In this document: piece by piece, positions 15,053 to 25,341 of the stretch
How positions within the stretch are numbered: the stretch's first letter is position 1
Layout: each line of letters starts with the position of its first letter
The notes under the pieces: model-generated
Databases searched by the model: none
What the model was told of the DNA's origin: nothing
What the model saw: the letters and a program-made list of their open reading frames with translations, nothing else
Origin: Actinomycetes bacterium
Lineage (GTDB): Bacteria; Actinomycetota; Acidimicrobiia; Acidimicrobiales; Bog-793
Direction of reading: 5' to 3'
Length of the DNA stretch: 39,794 nucleotides
NCBI GenBank assembly: GCA_021794645.1
Contig: JAJYQK010000017.1
Coordinates: 1-39,794 of the forward strand
Program-made: the position numbers and the translations under genes

Positions 15053-15877
15053 TCAGCGGACGAAGACGTAGACGAGCACCGTCGTGGTGTTGAAGGCCAG
15101 GTGGGCGACGATGCCCGGGCCGAGGCGGCCGGTGCGCCAGGCGAGGACGGAGAGCACCACCCCGAAGCCGGCCAGCCCGAGGAACTGCAGCGGCTCGAAG
15201 TGGACAAGGCCGAAAAAGAGGCCCGTGATGAGGATCGCCGCGGCCGGGCCGGCCCGCCGACCGAGCCGAGCGGTCTGGTAGAGCACCCCCCGCAGGAACA
15301 GGCCGCGGAAGAAGAGCTCCTCGACGAGAGGGCTGCCGACGCAGATGACGAGAGCCAGCACGACGAGCGAGGCGGTCGAGGTCTGGCCGACCGGGCCGAG
15401 CAGCTGGTGGGTCGGACGCCCGAGGCGGTTGTAGAGGTGGGGCACGAAGGGCGCCAGGAGAAGGTCGAGGAGGGGCACGAGCACGTACTGCGAGCCGACG
15501 CCGACGAGGATGCCGAGCGGGATGTCGGGCCAGAGCTTGATAGAGAGGCCGTAGTCGGACCGGAGGCGGGCGAGGAGGTGGTGCTCCTTGCTGAGATGGT
15601 GGAGGCGGGAGGCGACGACGGCTGCTCCGACGAAGCCGACCCAGAGGGCGACCACTGAGGCGATGGTCTTCCCCGGCGTGATCTGGCCGGCGCTCAGGTG
15701 GGCAGCAGAGTCGTAGGCCCCGACCACGACGGCACCGACGACGAGGCCGACCGCCAGCCCGAAGAGGGCCTCGAGGACGCCGAAGGGGTTGCCCGGGCGC
15801 GCCCGCGCCTCGTCGACGTCTGGCTCGAGCCCCGCGGTCACCACGAGAGAGTGGTACCGCCGCCCGAGCCAGGTCAA
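15053..15877 (-). CDS. CPBP family intramembrane glutamic endopeptidase (CAAX protease/Abi family)
   Basis: 274 aa, polytopic. It has motif 1 EELFFRG and motif 2 FGLVHF, plus a later H (IVAHLAFN). The start is uncertain (TTG 15877 or GTG 15844). Confidence 0.85.
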   Translation of the reverse strand: MTWLGRRYHSLVVTAGLEPDVDEARARPGNPFGVLEALFGLAVGLVVGAVVVGAYDSAAHLSAGQITPGKTIASVVALWVGFVGAAVVASRLHHLSKEHHLLARLRSDYGLSIKLWPDIPLGILVGVGSQYVLVPLLDLLLAPFVPHLYNRLGRPTHQLLGPVGQTSTASLVVLALVICVGSPLVEELFFRGLFLRGVLYQTARLGRRAGPAAAILITGLFFGLVHFEPLQFLGLAGFGVVLSVLAWRTGRLGPGIVAHLAFNTTTVLVYVFVR

Positions 15878-15926
15878 CCCGGCAAAGCGGGGGCGGCCTG
15901 CTGCTCGGCGGCGGCCCCCTGCCGCC

Positions 15927-15932
15927 TAGCAT
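15927..15932 (+). promoter_or_regulatory. -10 hexamer TAGCAT positioned for a leaderless ftsH transcript
   Basis: TAGCAT (TANNNT type) is followed by exactly 6 nt and then the ftsH GTG at 15939. There is no SD in between. Confidence 0.4.
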
Positions 15933-15938
15933 GTCCTC

Positions 15939-18023
<2,085 letters not shown>

Positions 18024-18040
18024 GAGTCGTCCGCCGGCGA

Positions 18041-18072
18041 GGGCGCGGGCCGGCCACCGCTGGCCCGCACCC
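18041..18072. terminator. GC-rich hairpin between convergent ftsH and the DUF5719-like gene
   Basis: GGGCGCGGGCC (18041..18051) pairs with GGCCCGCACCC (18062..18072). This is an 11-bp stem with one mismatch and a 10-nt loop. There is no U-tract. Confidence 0.4.
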
Positions 18073-18098
18073 GGAAGGAATTGGCAAAGCCAGCTCCC

Positions 18099-19730
18099 TC
18101 AGGGCGAGGCGACAGCCGCCCCCCCGAAAGCGGGCAGCGCCACGCTCCCTGCTGGGATGAGGGCCCCGGCCACGAGAAGCGGCCCGTCTCCTCGCACGAG
18201 AACGCCGAAGGCCCCGGCCACCCCGGCCACCTTGGCGAGGTCGAGGCCAGCCGTGATGCCGGGCTGCAGGGCGACCGCCTCGGGCGCCGGGGAGGACGAA
18301 GCGCCTCCGATCAGCTGCACCGAGGCCGTCTCGGGCCGCTTGGAGGCGTCGGTGAGCGAGAGCTCGAAGCCGAGCGCCTTGGTCCTGACGGCTCCGGCGA
18401 GCAGCCAGGACCGCTCCGCCCGGGCACCCACCGGGGCGGTCAGCAGCAGCAGGTGGCCAGGCGAGGTGGCGACCACCGTCTCGTGGTCGGCCACGATGCC
18501 GAGACCGCTCTCGCTTCGCAAGGTGACATAGCCGCCGGTCCCGGCCGGGAGGGCCGCCTGTGCGGCCGTGAGGCGCCCGGGAGCTCGCCCGCCGGTGGCG
18601 CCGAGGCTCGGCAGCGGCACGCTCAGGGTGGCGCCGGGCCCGACCACGACCGACTGGTGCGAGCTCCGGCCAGCGGCCGTCACCGCCACGACCACCCGGG
18701 CCGGGCGCGAGGCGGGGTTGAAGAGGCCGACCGACTCCGAGTCGGCCGGCCCGCTCGGCCCGTAGGAGAAGCTGAGGGCCCGCAGCGGCTCGCCGACCCC
18801 GACAGCCAGCTCCTTTCCCTCTTCGAGGTAGCTGTGCCGGTGACCGAGCGAGGCGGCCGTGAAGTGGGCAGCCACGTTTGTGAGAGAGCCGATCACGATG
18901 TGGCCGACCGACGCCTCGGCCGCGACGGCCACCCGGGCCTGCTGGGGGACGTAGCGGTCGAGGTTGACCACCGCCAGCGACTCGGGCGGGACGACGATGC
19001 CCTGCAGCGCCTGCGGCATGGCCAGCCCCTGGGAGGTGCCGATGGAGAGGTTCACCACCGCCGGCGCCGCCGAGGGGTCGAAGAGCGCCAGGCGGAGGTT
19101 GGAGGAGTCGTAGGTCGTGCCGGCGGCGGTGTAGCCCCGGGTGGACGAGCCGAGGGCGCAGGGGCTCGTCTCGACCGCCCGCTTCTGCTCGGCCGTCTCG
19201 CTCACCGCCACGGCCGCCCCGCTCACGGTGAGGCTGGCGGCCCCGTAGACCCGCAGGTGGACGCGACTCTTCGCCTTGCTCCCCTTGGCCTTGCGCCCGA
19301 GCCCCGCCCGGAGCCGGGGCGGCACAGCCGCCTCCTTCAGCGGGATCGTGAGCTCGGAGCCGGCCGGCACCACCTCCCGGCTCAGCTGGGGGGCGAGGCG
19401 GTGGCTGGCGGTGAGGCCGGGCACGATGGCGCTCTCGGCCACCTGCAGCACGATTCTGGCAGCGTGGCTGCCGGCGTTGGCCACCGAGATCGAGGCGGAG
19501 CCGCCAGAGAGGTTGAGCGGGCCCGGGCAGTTCCAGACGGTGGCCACCCGGGCGGTCAGGCTCGTCGCCGGCAGCAGACTGGCCGACTGGCCGACCGCCC
19601 GCAGCCGGCCGTTGCCGGCACCGGCGAGCGAGCCGAGCGCCAGCACGACGGCGAGGGCGACGGCGACCACGCCGAGCAGCAGGAACCGCGGCCACTCGCC
19701 CGCCTCCCGGCGGTGTGTAGAAAGGCTCAC
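18099..19730 (-). CDS. Membrane-anchored or secreted protein, DUF5719-like conserved partner of the large GT2
   Basis: This is the C-terminal 543 aa of track ORF 18099..21629, starting at in-frame GTG 19730. That start overlaps the GT2 stop (GTGA at 19727..19730). An N-terminal signal anchor (RFLLLGVVAVALAVVLALGSLAG) is followed by a beta-rich Ala/Val/Ser sequence. The family name comes from my recollection of annotated actinobacterial genomes, not from a search. Confidence 0.65.
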   Translation of the reverse strand: MSLSTHRREAGEWPRFLLLGVVAVALAVVLALGSLAGAGNGRLRAVGQSASLLPATSLTARVATVWNCPGPLNLSGGSASISVANAGSHAARIVLQVAESAIVPGLTASHRLAPQLSREVVPAGSELTIPLKEAAVPPRLRAGLGRKAKGSKAKSRVHLRVYGAASLTVSGAAVAVSETAEQKRAVETSPCALGSSTRGYTAAGTTYDSSNLRLALFDPSAAPAVVNLSIGTSQGLAMPQALQGIVVPPESLAVVNLDRYVPQQARVAVAAEASVGHIVIGSLTNVAAHFTAASLGHRHSYLEEGKELAVGVGEPLRALSFSYGPSGPADSESVGLFNPASRPARVVVAVTAAGRSSHQSVVVGPGATLSVPLPSLGATGGRAPGRLTAAQAALPAGTGGYVTLRSESGLGIVADHETVVATSPGHLLLLTAPVGARAERSWLLAGAVRTKALGFELSLTDASKRPETASVQLIGGASSSPAPEAVALQPGITAGLDLAKVAGVAGAFGVLVRGDGPLLVAGALIPAGSVALPAFGGAAVASP

Positions 19731-22714
19731 AGCGCTTCCCGCCTGCCGGCCTCGACGAGCTCGCCGCGCCCGGGCGGTGTGATCTCTCCCCGCCCGGCCA
19801 GAGCGGGCCCCGCGGGCACCGGCCGGGCCCGCCGGCCCTGCTGCCGGCGCCGGAGGGCACCTTCTGACAGGACGGCCAGCAAGGTGGCGAGGGCGAGGCC
19901 GAGGGCGGCGTCCCGCCAGCTTCCGGCCGGGAACGGGCTGCCACCGGCAAGGGGGAGCGGGCGACCGGCGCCGTCGGCTGGCTTCCAGTCGGCGTTCACA
20001 AAGACGTAGGCGCCCGCCTCCACCGGTCGCTCGACCAGATCGCTCTGGTCCTCGAGCACCGAGATGAGCCCGGTGGGCGGAGGGGCGGAGAGCGAGGGCA
20101 CCTGCGTGCCCGCCAGCCGGGGGGCGTCGGCCGTCGGCACGACGATGTAGCGCACCCCGAGGGGGGCGAGGAGAGCACCGAGGTCTGCTGTCGAGCCGTG
20201 CAGGGAGGCGGTGAGGTCGGTGCCGACCTGGCCGGCGGCACCCGGCGACGAGCTGGGCCACTCCTCGGAGGCACCGGGCAGGCCCCGGTCGGCCGTGTAC
20301 CAAGAGAGGCCGGGCGCGATCTGCCAGCCCCGGCCCGGCAGGGCCCGCGGGTCGCCGAGCCAGAGCACCCGGAAGTGGCTGCGGGCGGATGCCGAGGCCC
20401 AGTCGAGAGTCTGCTCGAGGCCGGTGCCCGGCAGGTCCGCCCTCCCTCCGACGACGGCTCCGAGAGCCGGCAGCCCCCCGGCCAGCAGGCAGACCAGGCC
20501 AAGGGCGGCGGCTCCCTGCCGCCAGCCGAGAGCGCGGCTGGTGATGACGTCGCGCTCGAAGGCGACGACGGCCAGGCCGACGGCGCCCGCCAGGCCGACG
20601 GCGGCCGGGGCCGCCAGCACGGCTGTGGCGCCCCCGCCCGCCCCGAGCCAACCGTGGCTGCCGGCCCAGGCAACGACGACTGCCGAGAGGGCGACGATCC
20701 AGAAGGCCGAGGCCCACAGGTGCCGTTCGCGCCGGGCGGTGAGGAGCGGATAGCCGGCCGCCAGGGCGATGCCGAAAGCGCCCCACCACCCCCCGATCGG
20801 GCCGAGGTGGCCCCGGAGGATCGAGGCCGGGCCGACTGCGTGGCCGGGGACGGCGCCGGCAAGAGCGCTCCAGCGGGCGCCGACCTCGAACCAGCTGAGC
20901 GACCAGGGCATGAGGAGGAGGAAGGCGAGGGCTGCCGAGCCGAGGGCGACGAGGCCGACCCGGAGGGCAGCCCGGGGGCGGCCGGCAAGAAGGAGGGTGA
21001 GCCCGACTGCGCCCACAACAAGACCGAAAGCGAGGATGCTCGGCGGCGCCAGGGCGACGGTGAGCGCCATGAGGAGCGCGAAGGGTGCCATCTCCCCGAG
21101 GAGGCGGCGACCGCTCAGGTCCGTGCCGGCGCCGTAGGGCGAGAGCCCGCTCGCGCGGGCCAGGCGGGCGAGAACATAGGGGAAGGCGCCGAGGGCGACG
21201 GCCGCCTGCAGGTTGCCGGTGGCGAGGTCGTTCCACAAAAGGGGCAGGGCGAGGAAGCCGGCAGCGGCCGCCAGCCGGCCCCGGCTCGAGAGGAAGGGGC
21301 GGCAGAGCCGGCTCACGCCGACGGCTCCGAGGGCGAGCGCGCCGAGGTCGATGAGCTTCAGGGCGAGGGCGCTGCTGTTGCCGAGGACGAGGCCCAAGAG
21401 CCCGACGACCCCGAAGGCCGCCGGAGCGGCCTGGTTGCCCCCGGCGGCGTGGAGGCCGGTGAGGTAGCGGCCGAGGAGGTCGCTCCCGGGCGCCAGGGGG
21501 ACGAAGTCGCCGAGGAAGGGCACCTTGGCGAAAAGGACGTCGCGCACCCCGACGAGGCCGAGCAGAACGAGCACGAGGGCGAGCGAGAGCTGGGCGGCAG
21601 GGAGCTCTCCTTGCTGGACGCGATTCCACCAGGAGCCGATGCGGTCCATCTCGAGGGCGTGCTCGAGGCCGGTCACTGCCGCCTGCAGGCGCCCCTCGGC
21701 GCCCTGGCCCCCGAGATCGGGGCGGACGAAGCGTCGCAGGCGGCTCGGGGCGATCATGCGGGGGGCGATCTCGCTGTCGCGGACCTGGCGTATCTCGTGC
21801 AGATGGCGGCGGGCCGCCTTGAGGCTCGCCCGCTCCCGCAGGTTCCAGGCCCAGGCACGGGCGACCCGGCGCGCCCGCTCCCGCTCGCCGGTGAGGACGG
21901 AGAGGGCCATCTCGGCCAGGCCGAGCAAGAAGAGCTCGGCGAGGACAAGGGGGAAGCGGGCCCTGGAGCAGTTCTTGAGGGCGGCCCGCAGCTCATGGCG
22001 GCGCTGCAGCCCCTGGGGATCGTCGAGCGGGCGGGCGCCGGCGGCCGAAAGCTGGTGGTGGGCGACGCGGGCCTGGGGGGCGACGGCGACACGGGCGCCG
22101 GCGATCTGGGCCCGCCAGCAGAAGTCGATGTCCTCACCAAAGAGCGTGATGGCCGGGTCGTAGCCGCCGAGCGCCTCGAAGAGGTCGGCCCGTACGAGCG
22201 TGCAGCCGCCCGGTACGGCGAAGACGTCGCGGGCGCCGTCGTGCTGGGCCTGGTCGAGCTCGCCCCGCTGCACCCGCTCGGCGGGCGTGCCGAGCCGGTG
22301 CATGCCGAGGCCCACCTGCAAGAGGCGCTCGGGATCGCCCACCTCGACCACCTTCGGGCCGACGACGCCGGCGTTCGAGCGGAAGGCCTCCTCCACCATC
22401 CGGCGGGTGGCGGTCGCCTCCAGCACCACGTCGTCATGGCAGAACAGGTAGAAGCTGGCTCCCTCGATCCCCACCAGCGCCTCGTCGGCCGCCGCCCCGT
22501 AGCCGCTCGGCTCCGGACGGCGACGGACGATGGCCGTCTCGTCTGCGACTGCTACCCGCCTCGTCAGGTCGTCCGCGCTGCCGTCGTCCACCACGAGAGT
22601 CGTGAGGTTGGGATAATCCTGGTCCCGCAGCGACTCGAGGCAGGCCTCCAAGCACGCACCAGGATCTGTTGTGACGACGACTGCTACGACCGGTGGCGCC
22701 AACTCCTCCGGCAT
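19727..22714 (-). CDS. Large family-2 glycosyltransferase fused to a polytopic membrane domain
   Basis: ORF 19727..22750 trimmed to ATG 22714. The GT2 domain reads VVAVVVTTDPG..DQDYPNLTTLVVDDGS, then VGPKV and FGEDIDFCWR. About 650 aa follow, with many hydrophobic segments (LSLALVLVLLGLVGV, LALKLIDLGALALGAVGV, and others). Confidence 0.85.
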   Translation of the reverse strand: MPEELAPPVVAVVVTTDPGACLEACLESLRDQDYPNLTTLVVDDGSADDLTRRVAVADETAIVRRRPEPSGYGAAADEALVGIEGASFYLFCHDDVVLEATATRRMVEEAFRSNAGVVGPKVVEVGDPERLLQVGLGMHRLGTPAERVQRGELDQAQHDGARDVFAVPGGCTLVRADLFEALGGYDPAITLFGEDIDFCWRAQIAGARVAVAPQARVAHHQLSAAGARPLDDPQGLQRRHELRAALKNCSRARFPLVLAELFLLGLAEMALSVLTGERERARRVARAWAWNLRERASLKAARRHLHEIRQVRDSEIAPRMIAPSRLRRFVRPDLGGQGAEGRLQAAVTGLEHALEMDRIGSWWNRVQQGELPAAQLSLALVLVLLGLVGVRDVLFAKVPFLGDFVPLAPGSDLLGRYLTGLHAAGGNQAAPAAFGVVGLLGLVLGNSSALALKLIDLGALALGAVGVSRLCRPFLSSRGRLAAAAGFLALPLLWNDLATGNLQAAVALGAFPYVLARLARASGLSPYGAGTDLSGRRLLGEMAPFALLMALTVALAPPSILAFGLVVGAVGLTLLLAGRPRAALRVGLVALGSAALAFLLLMPWSLSWFEVGARWSALAGAVPGHAVGPASILRGHLGPIGGWWGAFGIALAAGYPLLTARRERHLWASAFWIVALSAVVVAWAGSHGWLGAGGGATAVLAAPAAVGLAGAVGLAVVAFERDVITSRALGWRQGAAALGLVCLLAGGLPALGAVVGGRADLPGTGLEQTLDWASASARSHFRVLWLGDPRALPGRGWQIAPGLSWYTADRGLPGASEEWPSSSPGAAGQVGTDLTASLHGSTADLGALLAPLGVRYIVVPTADAPRLAGTQVPSLSAPPPTGLISVLEDQSDLVERPVEAGAYVFVNADWKPADGAGRPLPLAGGSPFPAGSWRDAALGLALATLLAVLSEGALRRRQQGRRARPVPAGPALAGRGEITPPGRGELVEAGRREAL

Positions 22715-22744
22715 CAAGAGCGAAAGGGTACAACCTCTTGGTGC

Positions 22745-22773
22745 TTGCAAGTGTTTAACACTGGGTATACGCT
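22745..22773 (+). promoter_or_regulatory. Candidate promoter of the small helical-protein gene (-35 TTGCAA, 17 nt, -10 TACGCT)
   Basis: TTGCAA at 22745..22750 and TACGCT at 22768..22773, in the only AT-enriched patch of this spacer. The SD GAGGAAAGG precedes ATG 22813. Confidence 0.4.
22750..22762. promoter_or_regulatory. 13-bp perfect palindrome AGTGTT-T-AACACT in the divergent GT2/small-gene spacer (candidate operator)
   Basis: Read directly from the sequence. It occupies the -35/-10 spacer of the candidate plus-strand promoter. It lies 36 nt upstream of the GT2 ATG on the other strand. Confidence 0.45.
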
Positions 22774-22812
22774 AGGCAGCAACTAGCCAGAAGTGAGGAA
22801 AGGTGAGAACCG

Positions 22813-23184
22813 ATGGCTGACATACGCAGGGACTTCAACCGGACAGCGGAGGATCTCGCCCGCGTCGGAAAAGATGCCGCCTACGTGGCGATCGGGCTCG
22901 GCGTGGTCGGCTTCCAGCGGGCCCAGGTGGCCCGGCGGGAGCTCATGAGCCAGCTCTCGGCGACGCGGGGCGACCTCGAGGGGCCCCTCGGCGATGCCCG
23001 CAAGGAGTTCGGCAAGGCCTGGCAGCACTTCGACAGGGCGCTCAGTGAGCTGATCGAGAAGGCGGACGCCACCTTGGACCCGCTGGCCGAGCGCCTCCCG
23101 AGTGAGGCCAAGGAGGCCATCAAGCAGGCCCGAGCGGCCCGCGACAAGGTGCGCAGCAAGGTCTCGGACCAGCTCGTCGCCTGA
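22813..23184 (+). CDS. Small alpha-helical hypothetical protein (HbhA/phasin-like N-terminal pattern)
   Basis: 123 aa. It has an SD upstream, a sensible charged helical composition and one hydrophobic stretch (AAYVAIGLGVVGF). A perfect terminator hairpin follows. There are no Cys residues, so it is not a WhiB protein. Confidence 0.7.
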   Translation: MADIRRDFNRTAEDLARVGKDAAYVAIGLGVVGFQRAQVARRELMSQLSATRGDLEGPLGDARKEFGKAWQHFDRALSELIEKADATLDPLAERLPSEAKEAIKQARAARDKVRSKVSDQLVA

Positions 23185-23190
23185 GAGGCC

Positions 23191-23224
23191 GAGAAAGGGC
23201 CCCGCTTGAGCGGGGCCCTTTCTC
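23191..23224. terminator. Perfect 15-bp stem / 4-nt loop hairpin, a bidirectional terminator between convergent genes
   Basis: GAGAAAGGGCCCCGC ttga GCGGGGCCCTTTCTC. It lies 7 nt after the stop of the small gene and 17 nt after the stop of the SDR gene on the other strand. Confidence 0.75.
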
Positions 23225-23240
23225 GCGCCGACGGCTCTGT

Positions 23241-24128
23241 CTACTCCCGCGACCGCCAGTAGGCGAGGACATCGGCCAGGGTCTCGCCGAGAGAGATGCT
23301 CGGCGACCAGCCTGTCGTCTCGACGAGCTTGCTCGTGTCGCCGAGGAAGACCGGGACGTCAACGGGACGGTAGAGGCTCTCGTCGGCCACGAGCTCGACA
23401 GCGCCGCCGCCTAGGGCGATCAGCTCGTCGGCAACCTGGCGCACCGCCAGCCCCCGGCCGCTGGCGACGTTGTAGGCCTCCCCCGGCTCTCCCCGTTCGG
23501 CCAGCAGCCGGTAGGCCCGCACGACGTCGCGGACGTCTGTGAAGTCCCGGACGGCCTCGAGGTTGCCGACGGGCACAGAGCGGGCGCCCGAACGCTCGGC
23601 CTCGACGAGGCGCCGGGCGAGGGCCGAGACGACGAAGTCGGGAGCCTGGCCGGGGCCGACGTGGTTGAACGGCCTCGCCCTTATCACCGGGAGGCCCCGT
23701 CCCAGATAGGCCTGCAGGCCGAGGAACTCGGCCGCCACCTTGCTCGAGGCGTACGGCGTCACCGGCCGCAGCTCGGCCGACTCGCTCACCGGCTCGTCCC
23801 CGGCGGCGCCGTAGACCTCGGCCGAGGAGACGAGCACCACCCGGGGCGGCTCAGAGCAGGCCGCCGCCGCCTCGAGGACGTTGAGGGTGCCAAAGGCGTT
23901 CACCTGGAAGGTGAGGCCAGGCTTCTCCCAAGAGCGCCCCACGTGAGCGAGGCCGGCCAGGTGGTAGACGACGTCGGGCGCCACCGCGACGAGCGAGCGG
24001 CGAACGGCCTCGCCGTTCGTCACGTCGACCTCGGCGTCGACCGAGACCACGCTGTCGCCGCAGTCGCGCAGGTGCTCCGCCAGCCAGTGGCCGACGAAGC
24101 CGGCGCCGCCGGTGATGTAGGCGAGCAT
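23241..24128 (-). CDS. NAD-dependent epimerase/dehydratase (extended SDR), GDP-4-keto-6-deoxymannose reductase-like
   Basis: 295 aa with GGAGFVG and the catalytic YASSK. It is the last gene of the long sugar operon. Substrate assignment is inference only. Confidence 0.75.
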   Translation of the reverse strand: MLAYITGGAGFVGHWLAEHLRDCGDSVVSVDAEVDVTNGEAVRRSLVAVAPDVVYHLAGLAHVGRSWEKPGLTFQVNAFGTLNVLEAAAACSEPPRVVLVSSAEVYGAAGDEPVSESAELRPVTPYASSKVAAEFLGLQAYLGRGLPVIRARPFNHVGPGQAPDFVVSALARRLVEAERSGARSVPVGNLEAVRDFTDVRDVVRAYRLLAERGEPGEAYNVASGRGLAVRQVADELIALGGGAVELVADESLYRPVDVPVFLGDTSKLVETTGWSPSISLGETLADVLAYWRSRE

Positions 24129-24138
24129 CCGCCAAACC

Positions 24139-25341
24139 CTACCGACGCCGGGCTGGCGGGGCGGGGAAAGGCCCCCGCCGGGCGGCTGCCTCGGCCGCCA
24201 GGCGATAGGCGGCGACGTGCTGCTCGGCCGTGGCGGCCCAGGTGAAACGAGCCGCCTGCTCGAGGCCGCGGCGCACCCGCCGCTCCCGCTCGGCCGGCTC
24301 GAGGGCGAGGCAGCGGCCCAGCGCCGCCGCCAGGGCCTTCGGTTCTCCCGGCGGGGCGAGGAGAGCGGCGCCGGCCGCGAACTCCGCCATGGCGGTGCCC
24401 TCGCTCGTCACGAGCGGCGCCCCGCAGGCCATCGCCTCGAGGGCGGGCAGCCCGAAGCCCTCCTCGTGGCTCGGGTAGGCCACCGCCCCGGCGGCCCGCA
24501 TCAAGGTCACCACCTGGTCGTCGGGCACCCAGCCGAGCTGGCGGATCTGCGCCCGCGCAGGCGAGGCGACAACGGCGGCCGAAACCTCGGCCGCCCCCCA
24601 GCCGGGCAGGCCGGCCAGGACGAGGCGGAGCTCGGGCCGGCCCGCTGCCAACTGCCCGAAGGCGGCCACGAGGTCGACGATCCCCTTGCGGGGCTCGAGG
24701 GTGCCGACGTGGAGGACGAGGCGCCGGCTGAGGTCACCAGGCCCGAGGAAGGCGGCCAGCTCGCTCCCGAGCCGGCTCGTCTCGGCCTCGCCGGGCGAGA
24801 AGCGGCTGTGGTCGACGCCGTGCTCGGCGACAATCACCTCGGCGCGCACCGGCAGCAGCTCGCCGAGACGGCGGGCCGTCGTCCGGCTGACGCAGATGAC
24901 GACGTCGGCCTCGGCCGCCGCCCGCCGGATGGCGGTCCGGAAGAAGGCCACCTTGGAGCGCTCGTGCCATTCGGGGTGGTCGAAGAAGGTGAGGTCGTGG
25001 ACCGTGACGACGCGGCCGCCCGCTAGCCGCCCGGGCATGGTGTAGTGCGGCCCGTGGTAGACGGCGCCCGCTGCCCGCCGGGCGACGAACGGCCCGAGGA
25101 AGAGGCGCTCGAAGGCAAGCCGGGCCGGGCGGGCGGGCGGCACGACGGGCAGGAGGCGGGCCGCCGGGGCGATCTGCCGCCACCGCTCGGCGTCCGGGCG
25201 CCGGGTGATCGCCGCCAGCAAGAGGTCGTCTCGGCGAGAGAGCGCCGCCAGCAGCTCGACGATGTAGCGGCCGGCGCCGGCCGGACGGGGCGGCACCGCG
25301 CTCACATCCACCACGACCTCGAGCCGGTCGGCTCCCCTCAT
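24139..25341 (-). CDS. GT4-family (GT-B) glycosyltransferase A
   Basis: 400 aa with the C-terminal E-x7-E region EEGFGLPALEAMACGAPLVTS. ATGA overlap with the upstream GT4 at 25338..25341. Confidence 0.88.
   Translation of the reverse strand: MRGADRLEVVVDVSAVPPRPAGAGRYIVELLAALSRRDDLLLAAITRRPDAERWRQIAPAARLLPVVPPARPARLAFERLFLGPFVARRAAGAVYHGPHYTMPGRLAGGRVVTVHDLTFFDHPEWHERSKVAFFRTAIRRAAAEADVVICVSRTTARRLGELLPVRAEVIVAEHGVDHSRFSPGEAETSRLGSELAAFLGPGDLSRRLVLHVGTLEPRKGIVDLVAAFGQLAAGRPELRLVLAGLPGWGAAEVSAAVVASPARAQIRQLGWVPDDQVVTLMRAAGAVAYPSHEEGFGLPALEAMACGAPLVTSEGTAMAEFAAGAALLAPPGEPKALAAALGRCLALEPAERERRVRRGLEQAARFTWAATAEQHVAAYRLAAEAAARRGPFPAPPARRR

Noticed and set aside
15878-15938. GC-rich near-palindrome (GGGGGC...GCCCCC) in the CPBP/ftsH divergent spacer as a possible operator or riboswitch.
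   Set aside because: It is only a 6-bp stem with a 19-nt loop and mismatched extensions. That is indistinguishable from chance in DNA this GC-rich.
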